The notes: generated by a model not told the origin, from the sequence alone. Shown: positions 24,502 through 39,625, numbered from the stretch's first letter. The stretch is DNA of 64,000 nt from Octopus sinensis (GCF_006345805.1 NC_043002.1:114700001-114764000), one strand, 5' to 3'. Numbers and translations: made by a program.

Positions 24502-24517
24502 ATATATCTATATGTAT

Positions 24518-24842
24518 ATAGACTGGTTGTATACTGTCAACTTAACGTGACAGTCCCGCATGGGAATTACACCACCGCTGTTTAGCCCTAGGAAGCATCG
24601 AACGCTTCCTGTCGGCTTTGACACATTTTCTGTGTCCTGACGGGCTAAGACCCAGAAACATGCATGTCCTCAGGTGTGAATCTTGGCTGGTGGGGGTGCT
24701 TGCCTCCCCTTCACAAACATAAGGACACAGGAAATGTGTCAAATCCGACAGGAAGCGTTCGATGCTTCCTAGGGCTAAACAGCGGTGGTGTAATTCCCAT
24801 ACGGGACTGTCACGTTAAGTTGACAGTACACAACCACTCTAT
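24518..24842. mobile_element. MITE-like element with about 121-bp terminal inverted repeats
   Basis: atagactggttgtatactgtcaac..tgtgtcct / aggacaca..gttgacagtacacaaccactctat with an 83-bp spacer. Confidence 0.85.
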
Positions 24843-25009
24843 CGCTCCACCACCGCTCATGTCTCTTTGAGACATATAGAAATTTAATATTTCTGATATA
24901 TGTATATATATATATATATGAAAAATATATGAAAAATATATGGCTTGTGTTAGTATACCAGCGATTATAATTATTTTTATTTTATCGCAATTTGATTTGT
25001 TTATATATA

Positions 25010-25059
<50 letters not shown>

Positions 25060-26021
25060 TATATATACGTATATGCATACATCGCACATGGCTAAATATG
25101 CATACATCGCACATGGCTAAATAGTTAACTTCATAACCATATGGTTCGAGGTTAGATCTGAGGTTTCGGATCGATGAACAAGTCTTTGGGTCATCAAATT
25201 TAGTTGTCCGAAATTAAGCTAGCCACACACATGCGCACACAAGCACACACACATGCATACATGCGCACACACACATGCATACATGCGCACGCATATCAAT
25301 GCATTGTGCAGTAGCATCATCCAAGAAATCCAACGCTTTTCTTTACATTTGTTATTATGTACTTTTGTTTACTAAAACTTGTACCGTGACAAAATGAAAA
25401 TGCTTGCTTTAGTCTAAAATCCCGATTCGAATTACTTTTTCCCAATGAATGCTAATGGCATTGTGATGTGTCATTAGTTATATGTAGTAAGAACGCAGAC
25501 CCAGAAGCTTTCAGAAATATGCAAATAAGCGTTTATTAACAATGACTGGAGGCGAAACGAGCTATGAATAATAGCCTTATGCCTCATTAGGTTAAAACCG
25601 CTTGGATGGAGAAAATGACGAAAAGCTGCCTGTGGGATTCGAACCAGGCACTTTCTGTAACTTGCTGAGAGCATTCCGACTTTTAATCATCCAAAGTTTT
25701 TAACTCAATGTTTTATAAGCTATTATTTATGTCTGAATTCGCCTCAAGACACATGGTTAATAAAGACTTATTTAGTTATTTGTATTTAAACCAAAAAGAT
25801 TCAACCAGGAGGATCCTGGGATGAATAAATTAGATCATGTTCGCCTCATTGTTTGTACACAACAACAAACTTCTTCCTATGTTGTCTATATGAAATCAAT
25901 CATATACAGCCATCAAGTAATGGATTATATATTAATAGCTGCTGTCTTTTTACAATTTCATATTCATTCGTGTATAGGTCTGTGTGTGTATGTGTGTGTG
26001 CTTGCATCCAAGCGTGTGTAT

Positions 26022-26067
<46 letters not shown>

Positions 26068-26184
26068 ATATATTTACATACGTATATATACATTTGTATG
26101 TGCACATAAAAATGTATGCATATATATATATATATATTATATATATATATATATATATATCGATAGATAGATAGATAGAGAGAT

Positions 26185-26252
<68 letters not shown>

Positions 26253-26881
26253 CATAGATAGATAGATACATAGATAGATAGATAGATTGATAGATACGTT
26301 GTTGAAAGACAAGAAGAGAAAGATAGAGAAAATACAAATAAATACATTTAAGTACAAACTTCATACATCAATTCGTATATTCACACACTTAATCATTTAG
26401 ATTTCTTTAAGCATGGAAGTCAAGTGGTATTCTGCCGCTGAGACAAGAAAATGAATGTTCCTAGTTCTGGAGATATTTGCTTATATCACGTTTGCGCCCA
26501 AAACTTTAATATTTACGTGTCAGAGAATTCTAACTATGATTGTAGTATAGTCTGCGAGGGAACAACATTATTCTTGCCATTTTCTCAGGCGAAATCGCTT
26601 GAACGTGCCTTCTTATTATATAAAATTTTCTCTGAACAACCATTGCAAGGCCTGAAGTGCATTCTATTAGAGCGAGTCACTCGCAGCACATGCAAAACTA
26701 CGGATTCAAACTGCTTAATAAGTCGCCAACCAGTCTGTACATGACTGGTTTGATTAATGAACAACTGTTCTCTCCCTTTTTTGTCAATCAAATCACCACA
26801 GAAAAGATCATGTTTCGTTTTGTAGTAACCTGGCCATATGAGTATGTTGGAACTGGTTTTGAGAAGTAAGCGAGAAGGCAG

Positions 26882-26916
<35 letters not shown>

Positions 26917-27734
26917 AAGAGAGAATCTCTTTAATTGAGACGACTTGAACACATTGATACATTTCTATGGGATAGGGCCTTTCATTGGTCAGTATGTATG
27001 TCCGTGAGTGTACGTGTGAGTGTGTGTGTGTATGTGTGTGTATGTGTGTGTGTGTGTGCCTGTGTGCGTATATGTCCGTGTACTTTTGCGAGTATTTGCG
27101 TGAGACAGCGTGCGGATGTGTGCGTTTTTCCACGTGTATACAAATGGATGAAAATATACATGAGTAAGCGCACGTGCATATTAGTGAATGTAAAATTTTG
27201 AAATGTGTATCTGTTAGTAAATACACACACACAGAGGAAGAAAGAGAGAGAGCCAGAGGGATGTATGCGTGTATATATAGAATATATATATATATATATA
27301 TATATTAGCCAGCCCCAAACTCAACTCGTCCTGTCGAAAGACCCTTGTCCTGACGTCCTGTTTTTGTTTTTATCCTTACCATTATTGTTTTTACGTATTT
27401 GTATTCTTATTCGTGCTTTCTTTATTGTTTTTACGTATTTTTGTATTTTTATTCGTGTACATCGTCCGTTTTCCGTCCTTGTGTTGTATACATTCGAGGC
27501 TTTCTTCCAAGGGATCTAATGCGCTTGGCTTAGATTTCCCTTGGGGGCTGCCCAAATCGGAGCAATCTTAAGATTATTCAGCCGAAATTGCAAAGATGAT
27601 CTGGTTCTTGACTGATGATTGAGGGCTTCGAATGTCCCGTCCTGTGTTTCTTGTGTCGTCTTCTAGGTGTTTCACGTTCTTGTCCCAGTTTGTATATTTT
27701 TTTACTTTTACATATATATATATATGTGTGTGTG

Positions 27735-27772
<38 letters not shown>

Positions 27773-30417
27773 CGTATATACATACATACAAACAAAAATA
27801 TATGTTTGTGTGTACATTAAGTTGTTGAGATTTCAATAACCACCTTATAGATAACACAGAATAGTGCTGATATATTTGAACTTAAATTCTGACTCCTTCA
27901 TCCAGGCTAATGCAACAAGAGTGACTATAAAGAATTCGAAATCGATCTGTAATGGAGGTACTATGGTGGATATACAGTTCGGCTTGATATATACATATTT
28001 ACATGGAGCACAGAAAATACAGAAGAAAAATGAAAAAAAAATAGAGAGAGAGAAATTATGTAATTTCTTATCTCGATCGCAGTTTCAAGAAGCCAAGTTT
28101 TACATGAGTTGCGTAATAACTATAAATTATGGATGATACGTGCCTATTGTCATATGCCTGCAAACGGTGACCAGTCAAGAGAAAATTGGCAAATGCTAAT
28201 CATTTAATAGTGCTTACATATCTAAAATGTTGAAGGGAGAGATGAAGCAGAGCGAAAGGAGTTGGTTGAGAGACACAATAACAGACACTGATTGGGTTAG
28301 TATGCGAGTTGTTGAACATTTTTGTAAAGCGTGTTCCTCAACGCAATTCAACGTGAACGTGTGACAGGGCTGAATTTTTAATGTATGTGATCAGTCCCGC
28401 TCACGCATTCACGCACTCTACACAAATATCGAGGTAGAATCACTCACAAAGTATGGATAGAACCGTAGCTACGAGGCTATGATAAAAGATGTTTGCATAT
28501 TATACCTAGCAGTGGGATCGAACTAAGAATTTCGTGATTGCTAACTCGAACTTCTAAAACATTCCATCATGTTGCTGGTACTTATTTATACATATACATA
28601 TATGTTTATACTTATACTTATACATATATGTTTGTGTGTATGTGTGTGTGCGTGTGTGCATGTGTGTATGTGCGCTCGCGCGTGAATGTGTGTACATTAT
28701 GCATGTATAAATATACATTATATTTATTGCGCGCTGTCTAATCTGTAGGTGAGGCTGTGTGCATGTGTATGCGTCTGCATAGGCACATGAATATGAGGAA
28801 AGGTGCGTATTTGTGTCTGACCAAGCATTTATAGAATGGATTTTATGTGGATGAGTGTACACATTTGAATGAGTGAAACATGCAACAATTAGATTTGCTT
28901 GTGATGTGTGTGGGATGTTCAGGCTGGTTTTTATGAATGAGCCTGCACTTTTATTAGTATGTGCAAAAATGTAAAATTTATATTACTTTACAACTATTTA
29001 TCTACGTAGTTTCCATTGTAGTTGCTTTTATATTTATCGCTTAGGTTTGTGTGCGGGTGAGCGTGTACAGGATTTCAATTCTTGTCGTTGCACATTATAA
29101 TTTTATTTGTCTCTTTTATCTCGCCTGAAGTATTTTTAATATATTTCATTGTTGCACCAGTTATTGTTGCATTTGTTGCTACGGTTGTTCTTGGAATTGT
29201 TTCGAAGGGATTAAACATTTTTAGCTCCAGTCCTTGTAACAGCAGTTGTTTCAAATTTTGATGCAATTGTTTTCAATCTTGTCGTTAACGTATGTTTTAT
29301 AGTTGCCTTCATCCTTGTTGATGAGGTCGATATTATTGAATTTTCCCTTTCGTTACATAGCACCCAGGTGTTGAAATCATCTATCCAGAAAGAAATCGTT
29401 CTCTTTAAATTGCAGTTATCCTAGATACAGATCAATACATGTAACTGACCCTGAAAAGGTTAACACACAACACCCACTCTCCATTTTTACATCCACTCAA
29501 TTAATGAATCACTTATTTAATCATTCATTAACGAAATTATTTGTTCAGTTAGACCTCTGTACAACTAATCAATCAATCAGTCGAAACAGCTCTTGTATTA
29601 TTTTTTCTTTATTAGTCAGGATCGAGCCTCTACTGAAAAGAAAAGCACACTGTTTCTCATTACTCCGAAAACATTACTTCAATTTTAAAATTTCATTTTA
29701 CTTTGACTTGTCTTTCTTAAGATAAAGTTTTAAGAATAAATAGGAAAATACGAAGATTATACTTCCCTAAGGATATCAGTGGCTTCAGTGCAGTGAATTA
29801 AAATCACTGTAACCATGTCGAGAACTTGCTTCTTCAATAATAAATTCCACATTGGGGTGAACGACACATACATAAAACTGATTGAAATAGGAGAGTTTTG
29901 AGTTCATGTTTTATATTTTTGACTTTTAGTTTGTCATGGTCGAAGTAACCTTTCATCCCACTGAGGTTAATAAAATATGTAACAGATAATTGATTGCTAT
30001 AATTAATTGATTTCATGATGGATAAAAGAGTGTCTACTTTCTGATATTGCTAGTCATGATGATAATGTCTCATAAAAATCACCTCAGAAAGCATTTGAAG
30101 TTTATATAAATCAACTAATAAATAAACTCTTTTATAGAGACTTAAAACCAAGCTATTAATGTTTACGACCCGCAATGATAAGTAGTTTCAGTTGATGTGC
30201 TATATTGGTTGCTTTCATATTGTATATAACATATGATAAGTAATAGCTGTTCAATCAATCTAGATTGCTGCGACAAAAACATATATTTATAAATAATAAT
30301 CAATGAAGTAAAAATCGTACCAAATACCAGAATAAATTGTTAATACAAAATACAATTTTACAAAAATGTTGATGCAGTATATACACTTTACGTTTTTTTT
30401 TTTATTTCTTCGTCCAG

Positions 30418-30449
30418 TATAAGGAGCACAAATATTGCCGCTGGCCTCG
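30418..30449 (+). other. Candidate 32-nt exon of an unidentified host gene
   Basis: Long T-rich tract ending ttcttcgtccAG, then tataaggagcacaaatattgccgctggcctcg, then GTAAGC. Two frames are open (IRSTNIAAGL or YKEHKYCRWP). No homology recognised. Confidence 0.45.
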
Positions 30450-31114
30450 GTAAGCATAGCGATGTATTTTTCGGTTTCCACTCGACTAAAAATTCTATCT
30501 AAAATGTGTTTTGTTTGCAAGAATCGTTTGTTACAGTCATACAAATGGAAGGAATTAAAAAGATAAGGAAGCAAGCATATTCCGTTGTGAGGATGTAACT
30601 TGTCACGTAACTATGCTTTATTTGAATACAGGGCTCCTGTAAAATAGTCTCAGTGTACAAGAATAGATTTCGATTTGTGAAGACACATGAAGACTCACAC
30701 ACACATTTAATACTCATACGTACGGAGTTGTTGGTTCACTTCTTTCCTACTCACAATTTCTACTTCAGACGACAATAGAAACAAATCCTTTCTATTGATT
30801 CATATATACTCCCTAATCAAGAAACGGTGATGATCAGCATATATTGAGTATAAGAGCATATTGGTCGAACGCTTTTCAAACCCACGAGTTCTTGCGTTTG
30901 ATTCCCACTGGCTGGTAGCTTAAGGAAGTATGTGGATCGATTCATAACTTGAGTGAAACTAAGTAGACGGAAAGTGTGCACAAGCCCGTCCGATGGATTG
31001 TGCATAGAATTTAAAAGATAAAGCTGTGGCACACACAGCGACACGCTGGTTCTGGTAGAGATCTGCGTTAAGTATATGCTCAGTCGTTAAAATGCTAATA
31101 TACAAAATTGCTTA

Positions 31115-31300
31115 AGGCGGCGAGCCGGCAGAATCGTTAGCACGGTGGACAAAATGCCCACCGGCATTTCGTATGTATTAATGTACCGTGTTGATAAAAT
31201 AAGTTCTGGAGTCGATAAATAAGTTCCAGTTGAAGACTGGAGTCGATCTACTCGACTTAGTCTCCCCTGAAATTTCTGGCTCTGTTCCAAAATTTGAAAC
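31115..31300 (+). mobile_element. SINE family A
   Basis: aggcggcgagccggcagaatcgttagc head. Confidence 0.75.
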
Positions 31301-33398
31301 CAGTATACAAAACCGACATGATCCATTATTTACATGTATTCAATACTCTTTCTCTGTCAAACCTATTCATGCATCCATACATGTACATAACTGTGTATGT
31401 GTGTTTATGTGTCTGTTTATGCCATGGATTGTTATATAACACCGTAAAATAACTTTTGAGTTGAATAGTGATAGCAATCAAACTTACTTTGAAGTAATGC
31501 TGTATACATTAAGTTTATATAAACACATTTTTCTTTCAGAAATATTACTCAATAACATTGCGTAGAATACTTCAGGGTGTGCTTAGGTTGTTAAGTAGAA
31601 ATATTTGCTTGAATATCCACTTTCAGTTCAACGACAAAACAGAAGAGATTCAGAAGTGATTCACCAACTATGGAACAAATGATATACTGTTTCGCAAGTA
31701 GATGAATAAAGGTTTAATTTATGATGTTGCTTGCTTTTGTCTCTCGGAGTCAGTCGGGACAGAAAAGAATGAATATTCAGCTAGTCATCCATCAGTTATG
31801 AACAGCATCCTCAGGCAAGCTAGACATCATCGCGTCACATGATGTAGGATTTAAATTTCCGGCACATGAACGTGCAGAAAATACTGAAGACGATTTTGGC
31901 GGTGGAACTCAATTCTGAGAGATTTCCTTCGTAATGTTTAATCAATTGTTTAATTTGGTCAGGTGAGGAAGCAGTCCGTATAGACAGTCATCAGTGGATA
32001 AAACTGCATCTTTTATGGCGGCTGATACTCTCTTGAAACTGTAACAAATGGTGCGACTTGTTTCAGAGTGTGTGTTTTATATTTAGAAGTTTTAGTGTAA
32101 CCGGAACATGTTTGGCTTGAACGGCTCATGCAATGGTCCGCCCCTTAACAAATAATTCCCGTCCTCTTCATACTACATTGACTGATAGTGACTTCTAAAT
32201 TTTCCCTGATATCACAAGAACATGGCTACCCGAACATTTCTTTGACGGCTAGAGAGGACACCGTGGAACATCTTGTGAATGCACTCCAAAATTTTCTAAC
32301 TTGACTATTTTTGATTTAATATTACGAGGATATGAAGGCGGCAAGCTGGCTGAATCGTTAGCCCGACGGGCGAAATGCTCAGCCGATATGACCCTCAACC
32401 CTTTAGCATGCACATTACTCTGTCAAATATGATGCTTATTTACTTTGAATTAATCGATCATTATCTTGTAGCTTTGAGATTTTGATGATGTGATTGTTCA
32501 TTTTTAGAATGACATTGTTCGGTAGGTGTGAGAGGCCACATCTGGCTGGTTTGAACAGAATAGGTAGAATATTTGGGACTGATATGGCTTGTGTAAATAC
32601 TGAAGGGTTAAAGCTTGTCAACAATCAGTAGATCGAAGAGTAGAAGCTTATTTGGCTTAGAACATTTTGGAGTTTTGAATATATCGTGTTTTGTATCAAT
32701 TGCATGACACTTTTGTTTTTTCCTATTCTTTGGTGAAAATAGTTCCTTGTTTACTTTTCTGAGAAGAAAAAATTCTTTATTATTCAACAAGATTTTAGAT
32801 TAACTGAAATAACTCAAGTGTTTTTGTTTTTTCTCGACTACCGTTTATTTTAACATCACCTGACAGATTGTGATTAAAGATAAAGAACGTAAAACCAATA
32901 CCGTGTTCACCAAATATTTTTTATACTCATTCGAAGCAATTTACTTTACATACGCCATTTTTATACCTGACAAAGACACGTAAACCACTAAATCGCATTT
33001 CTCCCTTCATTCTGCTGACTTATCTTTCTTCATACTTATACACATCAATTTAACCCATTTCCACAATGTATGAACACATTCAAAAGAAGTAGCTGGTGTT
33101 TATAGTATAAATAATACAGCTGGTTTTATATATATACAAATACATACATACATGCACACATACATATATCTGCGTGTGAGTGTGTGTAAATGCATATATA
33201 ACATGTATATGTATGTATGCATGTATGTATGTATGTATGTATGTATGTATGTATGTATGTATGTATGTATGTATGTATGCATGTATGTATGTATGTATGT
33301 ATGTATGTATGTATGTATGTATGTATGATGTATGTATGTATGTATATCTATCTATCTATATATATATATGCATCTCTCTCTATCTATCTATCTATCTA

Positions 33399-33473
<75 letters not shown>

Positions 33474-36400
33474 ATATACATATGTATATGTGTGTAATCA
33501 CTAAAAGCAAACACACACACACACATATAAAGAAATGATGTCAATAAAACACACGTACACATTGCTACACATTTTAGTTGAAAATTATTTTGTAATTATA
33601 AATGAACAAAGTCTTGCATTGTACAACTAACAGTGTATTTCAATGTATCTCATGTGCGCGTGCGAATGAGTATATTTGTGTAAATTAACTTAGCGTTTTT
33701 ATAAGAAAAAATGTGGTTTGGCAATACGTACAGTCATGTGCAATTAAAAATAAAATCGATTTTTAAAAAATCAATATTCGAACCAGTAAGTCGATGTTGG
33801 AAGGCGACTACGAATCAGCAAAAGTATTAAGTTACGTATAGAAATAAAGAGCATGAAAAATATATAGCTGAATAAATTAGGGCGTCGACCAAACGGGAAT
33901 ATAAAGAGAATGTGTTTGATAGAAGGCAAAATGAAAATAGAAACTTCGAGAGAAAGATTAGGGGAGAAGATGAAGAAAGAGAAGAAGAAGAAGAAGAGGA
34001 GGGGGAGGAGGAGGAGAGAGAAAAAGGAATCGCGAAGAAAGAGAAATAAGTTAGAAATTTTGGGAGGTAGAAAAAAGAAAGAGAGTATTGGACAAGGCAT
34101 AACGAAGTTGTGAGGCAAGGATAGAGGAAGAGGGTAAAGAAAACAAGATATCAGAATAAATTGGGAGATATTAAAACCCTCTCTAATCCTTCCATCACAT
34201 CATTAACTGGAGTAATATTTACTTTAATAGATCGCCACGATTCGTCTGTGAAATCCCTAATTATTGCTGTATTTATTTTAGCAGAAACCTATGATCTTTT
34301 TATTAAATCATGAACTACAACAATATTTATTTTACATTGGAGATGTGTAAAATATTCCCTATTTTCCTCGAGTAACTCAGTCAGTGAAAAACGAAATTCC
34401 TTATTCTCTGAGCTGCCGCTGCTTTTAAATATTCTTTACGTCGTTTATCTACCGGACCGATCTTCAAAACAGTCGGCTAAAAGCAGACAGGCTCTGTGTA
34501 AAGTAGGGGAAATCCTTTCCTTTCAGAGGATGGAGTACCTTATTATAATCGTTATTATTTTGATCGTAAATGTAAACACGCACACACATGGTCAAAATTC
34601 TGTCTTGGCTGGATATGGACTCAGCATTTTATGCTATGTAATTGATTTTGTAAATTGATATATGGACGCTAGATTGCCAAAAGGATAGGCTATTTATATT
34701 AGGATTATAAATATGTATCAACAGTAATATTTATTTAGAATTTTTTTTTTTACTTTGACAAACACAATAATTTGATTTGACCAATTTCAGCATATTCCCT
34801 TTACTACTTCTATTAATGTTATAGATAAGAATTGGGGCATCGTCATCATCATCATCATCATCATCATCATCACTTGCTTGCCTTACGCCACGTTATCGTG
34901 CTTAATGAAGATATAACAGGGAGATATGAATTACTGTGATAGTCTACTACAACACCATGTACCGCTTTGATATGACTAAAATTTTCATTTCATTTGTGGA
35001 GATATTTATCTACTACAACGAACAGCACTTACAATTGGATTTGTAAAACGTTAATAATATCGTGGTTGTAATTATAACATGTTCAGAATTGGGACAGGCA
35101 TAAAAAAGATACACTTCCCATGCTTTCTTTATTTGTGCCTAATCAAAAGACATAATAAGGAGACAACTGACAAAACATCAGATAGATACGAAATTCTTAA
35201 TTTCTTTTAATTTCCTGTAATTCATACCGCTTCATGGTCCCAATGGAAGATGGCAAGGGAGATGCGCTGGAACAGCCATTCTGATTTAGGGGCTCGCACT
35301 CGTGAATAATCATCTCCTCAATAGCGGTGAGCAGGGATATGGTCCCTAGGACGAGAACGACGGAGGTCCCTACTGCCACTGGCTCGACCGTTAGTTTACC
35401 TGTCAGAGAGCGACCGATACTTTGACAGTTTGCTTTTCTCAACCTGACGCGTAGCGGAGCCTGAGCGGAGCCTGAGCGGAGCCTGAGCGGGCAGCTGAAC
35501 ACACCAAGTTGCAGTTAGAGAATGTATCACAGGATGTGGCACCCCGGTTGAGGAGTCCAACAGTCGCAGAACAAGAAAATTGTCATATTGCCAGGCATTT
35601 TACCGCTCCCTTGGTCTAGCCCCATAAAGAGTAAGATCTTAAGAATAGGCATGGTAATAGAATTTCATTTGTAGACAATTCTCTTCACTCAAACATTCAC
35701 GGAAAGTCATTTTTAAAATCTTTTATCTTTTACTTGTTTCAGTCATTAGACTGCGGCCATACTGGGGCACTTACCTATCTTATTCCCATTTATTATATTT
35801 GTACATGAAGCTATGCAAAAATATATCTAAGTAGAAACCTAAATAGAAACCGACCAGTTTAGATATATCTTAAAATGCACAGTTTCTTTTATTTTATATT
35901 AAACTGATTGTCTGCAGAATGTAATTAAATTTAGCAAACAAAATATTTGGCAGATTCATTATTCAACATAGCATACTGCAGTATGCTTTATTTCTAGCTT
36001 CTTCAATTCTTTATATTTCTTTTTTTTAATTCAAATACTGTCAATTACGTTTTGTAGTATGTTTCTTAGTTAAAATTATTTACCTTCAACTTCTAGTTCA
36101 ATACAGTTTTCATATTTCTATTTTTGTGCTACACGTTTTCGTTCAATCATGTTAGCAAAATCCTTTATTTATTAATCTATCATGGATCGTGAAATCCAGA
36201 GGTGCAGTGAACGTGACACCTGCATAGCAGTAAAACATCTTAACTTGTATTTACTATTTTTAATATATTTAATTTGCAAAAATTAAAAACGAGCGCTCCT
36301 TTAGGCTGTACATGAAGGGAGGCGTCATAAACACATAATCTTACCCAAAGAACACTTACGCATTTCATTTAGTTGCACAGAAAAGTTCAGCAAATTTGCT

Positions 36401-38890
36401 ATGGTGTTAAGCCACAGCTCTCTAGTTTCAAGGGTACAGTCACATTCTTATTATTCTAATGATATCCACAACTCGAACCATATTCGTTTCTAGTTTATGG
36501 CACCAAATTTCAGAACCACGATACCCAAGACTGCTCAGATTGCTGCATCGTTTTGTAAAAAACTAATGTGAATCTTATGGGTTGTTGAATGTATCTAAGA
36601 TCACCCGGGTGACTTCTTTGATATGAACCTCAACGTATTTGCAGATCAGCAGGACATATTATATACCATCCTTTTCAGCAATGGTCCCCAGATGTTTTAA
36701 ATTACTGAGAAACAATTTAGTTATAATAACTATAAATGAGTACAGTTAGATAAGTTCTTATGAAATTGTTTTGCTACTCTGAAATAACAGATTGTTGATC
36801 TAGAAAATTAATCAGTCGAATGTAAATCACATTTTGTTTTCTGTTCGTACTTTTACCTGAAAACATTGATTTTAAAACTTGCGGTTTTGAAACTTGAGGT
36901 AATGAACAATTTCGTACGATGTTCGAGTGTTATGCTGTAATCAATCTTAATTATGGATTGAAGTCTTTAACACAATGAAGCACTATTATAAAGAATTATA
37001 AAGTTATACATCGAAATAAAAATATGGAACTTTGCAAAACATAGAATTATTTTGACGAGTTTAACGAGTTCAAATTGTAGGTTATAGTTCACAGCGCATG
37101 TCTTATTAGTACTAAGAGGCAGATTTTATAAGCTTACCGTTCGAAATAGGTTACCAAAACGAGTATGTGGAGATAGTATTCAGCAACATGACGGATATCA
37201 GTATTTCTAACAAAAAGTTTTAAAGTTTTGAACTAAGAAGTATCACAATAAAATTGGAGCAGGAAAAACTATGTAGTGAAAGTGTTTCTTTTTCAGAACA
37301 GTTACGCAAATGAGAAATATCCTTTATTATTTCATGTATGCATGTGTATTAACCTCTCTCTCTGTATGTGTATGTGTGTGTGTGTGCAGTTGTTGCGATA
37401 ATTGAAGCGCACACTTACACACAGTTAACAATATAAGCACTTAATATGTTTGTAAAATATTTAAATAGCTTATGGATTAATTTCATAAATTGTTTTTATT
37501 AAATGTTTAAGCTATAATGGCAACGATCTGAAATATAGTGTACAGGATTGGCATTATGCAGGGAAAAAATATGAGGGACATACAACTCAAGTTACAAGTG
37601 GAGGTTAAATATAAGCAGTTATTTAATACGAGCTCTAGTAAAAGTAAACAATTCTTTCTATAATAAAATATACGGGGTAATTTAACTATTTCTAAATTCG
37701 CCAGCATACGCAAAAACAGTATGCACATATATATTTATGTATGTACACATACATACATACATACATACATACATACATACATACATACACTCACACACAA
37801 ACACATTCAGAATTATCTTCTCTTCATGGACCTATATGCATGACGATACAATAGAAGTACATAAGCCGATTAGTTTAAAGTAAAAATATGCTATTTGAGA
37901 TTATTTTAACTGGAAAAAAAAATAATAATAATGTTCTGGCGAGGATGAACTTATGTATATTTTGTTATTCAGAAATATGTCTGCAAATTGTACACACGCT
38001 GCATATTTCTATTGCATTTATCCTTGTTTTTATGCCATGTCAAATATACGTGTATAACTCTAGTTGTGGCCTGAAACCCTTAGGTAAACATATGTGCCTG
38101 TACGGATGTCTGCGTCTGTTTATGCCAGTTTTGATTTGTTTCCCGATGTATACAGACAATAGATATTATTTTTCTTTCCATTCCTCTTTGGGTGTGTGTA
38201 TGTATGTGTGTATACGTGTGTGTGTGTGCGCGCGCACAGTGAGATCGTGAGAGAGTAAAAGAGAAACAGACGATGTATTCGTATGTGTGTGCATGTATGC
38301 GCGAGTGTAATTTATGTATAAAATTTCTTGTGAATATAAATGACTATATAATTGAATGTGGACACATTTGTATATGCACTTGCATGTATTCATACATCTA
38401 TGCACCAATGTGCATATTACTATTGTTACATGCATGCATATATGTTTGTGCAGATATGTATGGTGATGTGTTTCTGTTCAGATATATGCATATCTATGAA
38501 GCATCAAATATGGGTGTTAATTGAGATATAAATATGTATGAGATAATTAGAATCCACACTGAATTATTGCCGCGACAGTTTGTTTAGACGTCTGCACTGT
38601 CTTTGTTTCCCTCGGTCGACAACTCACCTTTGCTAGGCCATATTTCTAATTGAAATAATAATGTTTTCAGTCTTTCGTTGGCTTCAGGGAAAACATGGCA
38701 TAGATTGTAAAGGTCAGATGTTATTCTTCTTTCGTAACCTTGATTTATTTTATTTATTTATATTTTCTTTGAGAATGTTAAAGAAAAAGGGGAATAGAAA
38801 AATGTGAGGGACAAGAAAGAGAAAGATTAGCCGTGGAAAATTTCGATTAAGAGATAAAAAAATATGTATATGAAAACTAAGGATAAAAAT

Positions 38891-38932
<42 letters not shown>

Positions 38933-39625
38933 GCAGATGGAGGTAATGAATGCGTGAGTGAGAATGCGAGTGACAGAATGAAAAATTGAATGAAAGAAGA
39001 ATTGAAAAAATAAATAAAACAGAAAGTTGGAGCTAAACCAAAGTGCAAGGAAAAAGAATGTTACCGAAAACGATAGAACGAGACTGAAATGTGAAGTAAA
39101 TGAAAGGAAATAAAGTGAAATAATAGAGTAATAAATAAACCGAAACTTAGGTTGAAGTTAAAGATGTCAGCTAGAAAGAGAGAGAAAGGATAAAGACTGA
39201 GAAGAGTAAACAAAGAAAAAAGAGTCAGAAAACAATATGTTTGCATGCGTGTGTGTATCTTGTATCTATGTGTAATATGTGTGTGTGTGTGTGTGTGTGC
39301 ATGTATCTTTATGTATGTACATATATGTATGTCGGTATATATATATATATCTGTTAGTAAACGTATGCATATATGAATGTATATATTCACACAAACACAT
39401 GCTTATGTAAGTATGTATGTATGTATATGGATTCATAAACACATACACACACACATATGCACACACACACACACACACAGAGAAAAGGTAAAAGAGAAAG
39501 CTACACGTTGAAAATAGAGGAGTGATCACCAAAATTAAGACAAAAACGACGATTTGCTCACTTGCTTTATTGCTTCGGATTTAAAAATCCTTTTGCAGGA
39601 GAAAAATAGAGAACGAGCTTGGTTT

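Noticed and set aside
25625-25680. tRNA-like B-box (ggttcgaatccc, minus strand); also SINE heads at 18714 and 48616
   Set aside because: No complete cloverleaf or proper acceptor stem; these are SINE-derived, not tRNA genes.
26451-26870. Overlapping ORFs of 70-215 aa in non-repeat sequence
   Set aside because: No recognisable domain, and the longest ORF runs through microsatellites.
27560-27640. CTGATGA and GAAATTGCAA motifs in a TA-flanked repeat-like block
   Set aside because: The elements cannot be assembled into a hammerhead topology.
31740-32300. Coding-like composition on the minus strand
   Set aside because: Stops in all frames and no family recognised; possibly an ancient transposon.
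37138-37206. Possible 69-nt minus-strand exon (ttgttAG..gaacg|GTAAGC)
   Set aside because: The acceptor is weak, the peptide is unrecognised and there are no partner exons.
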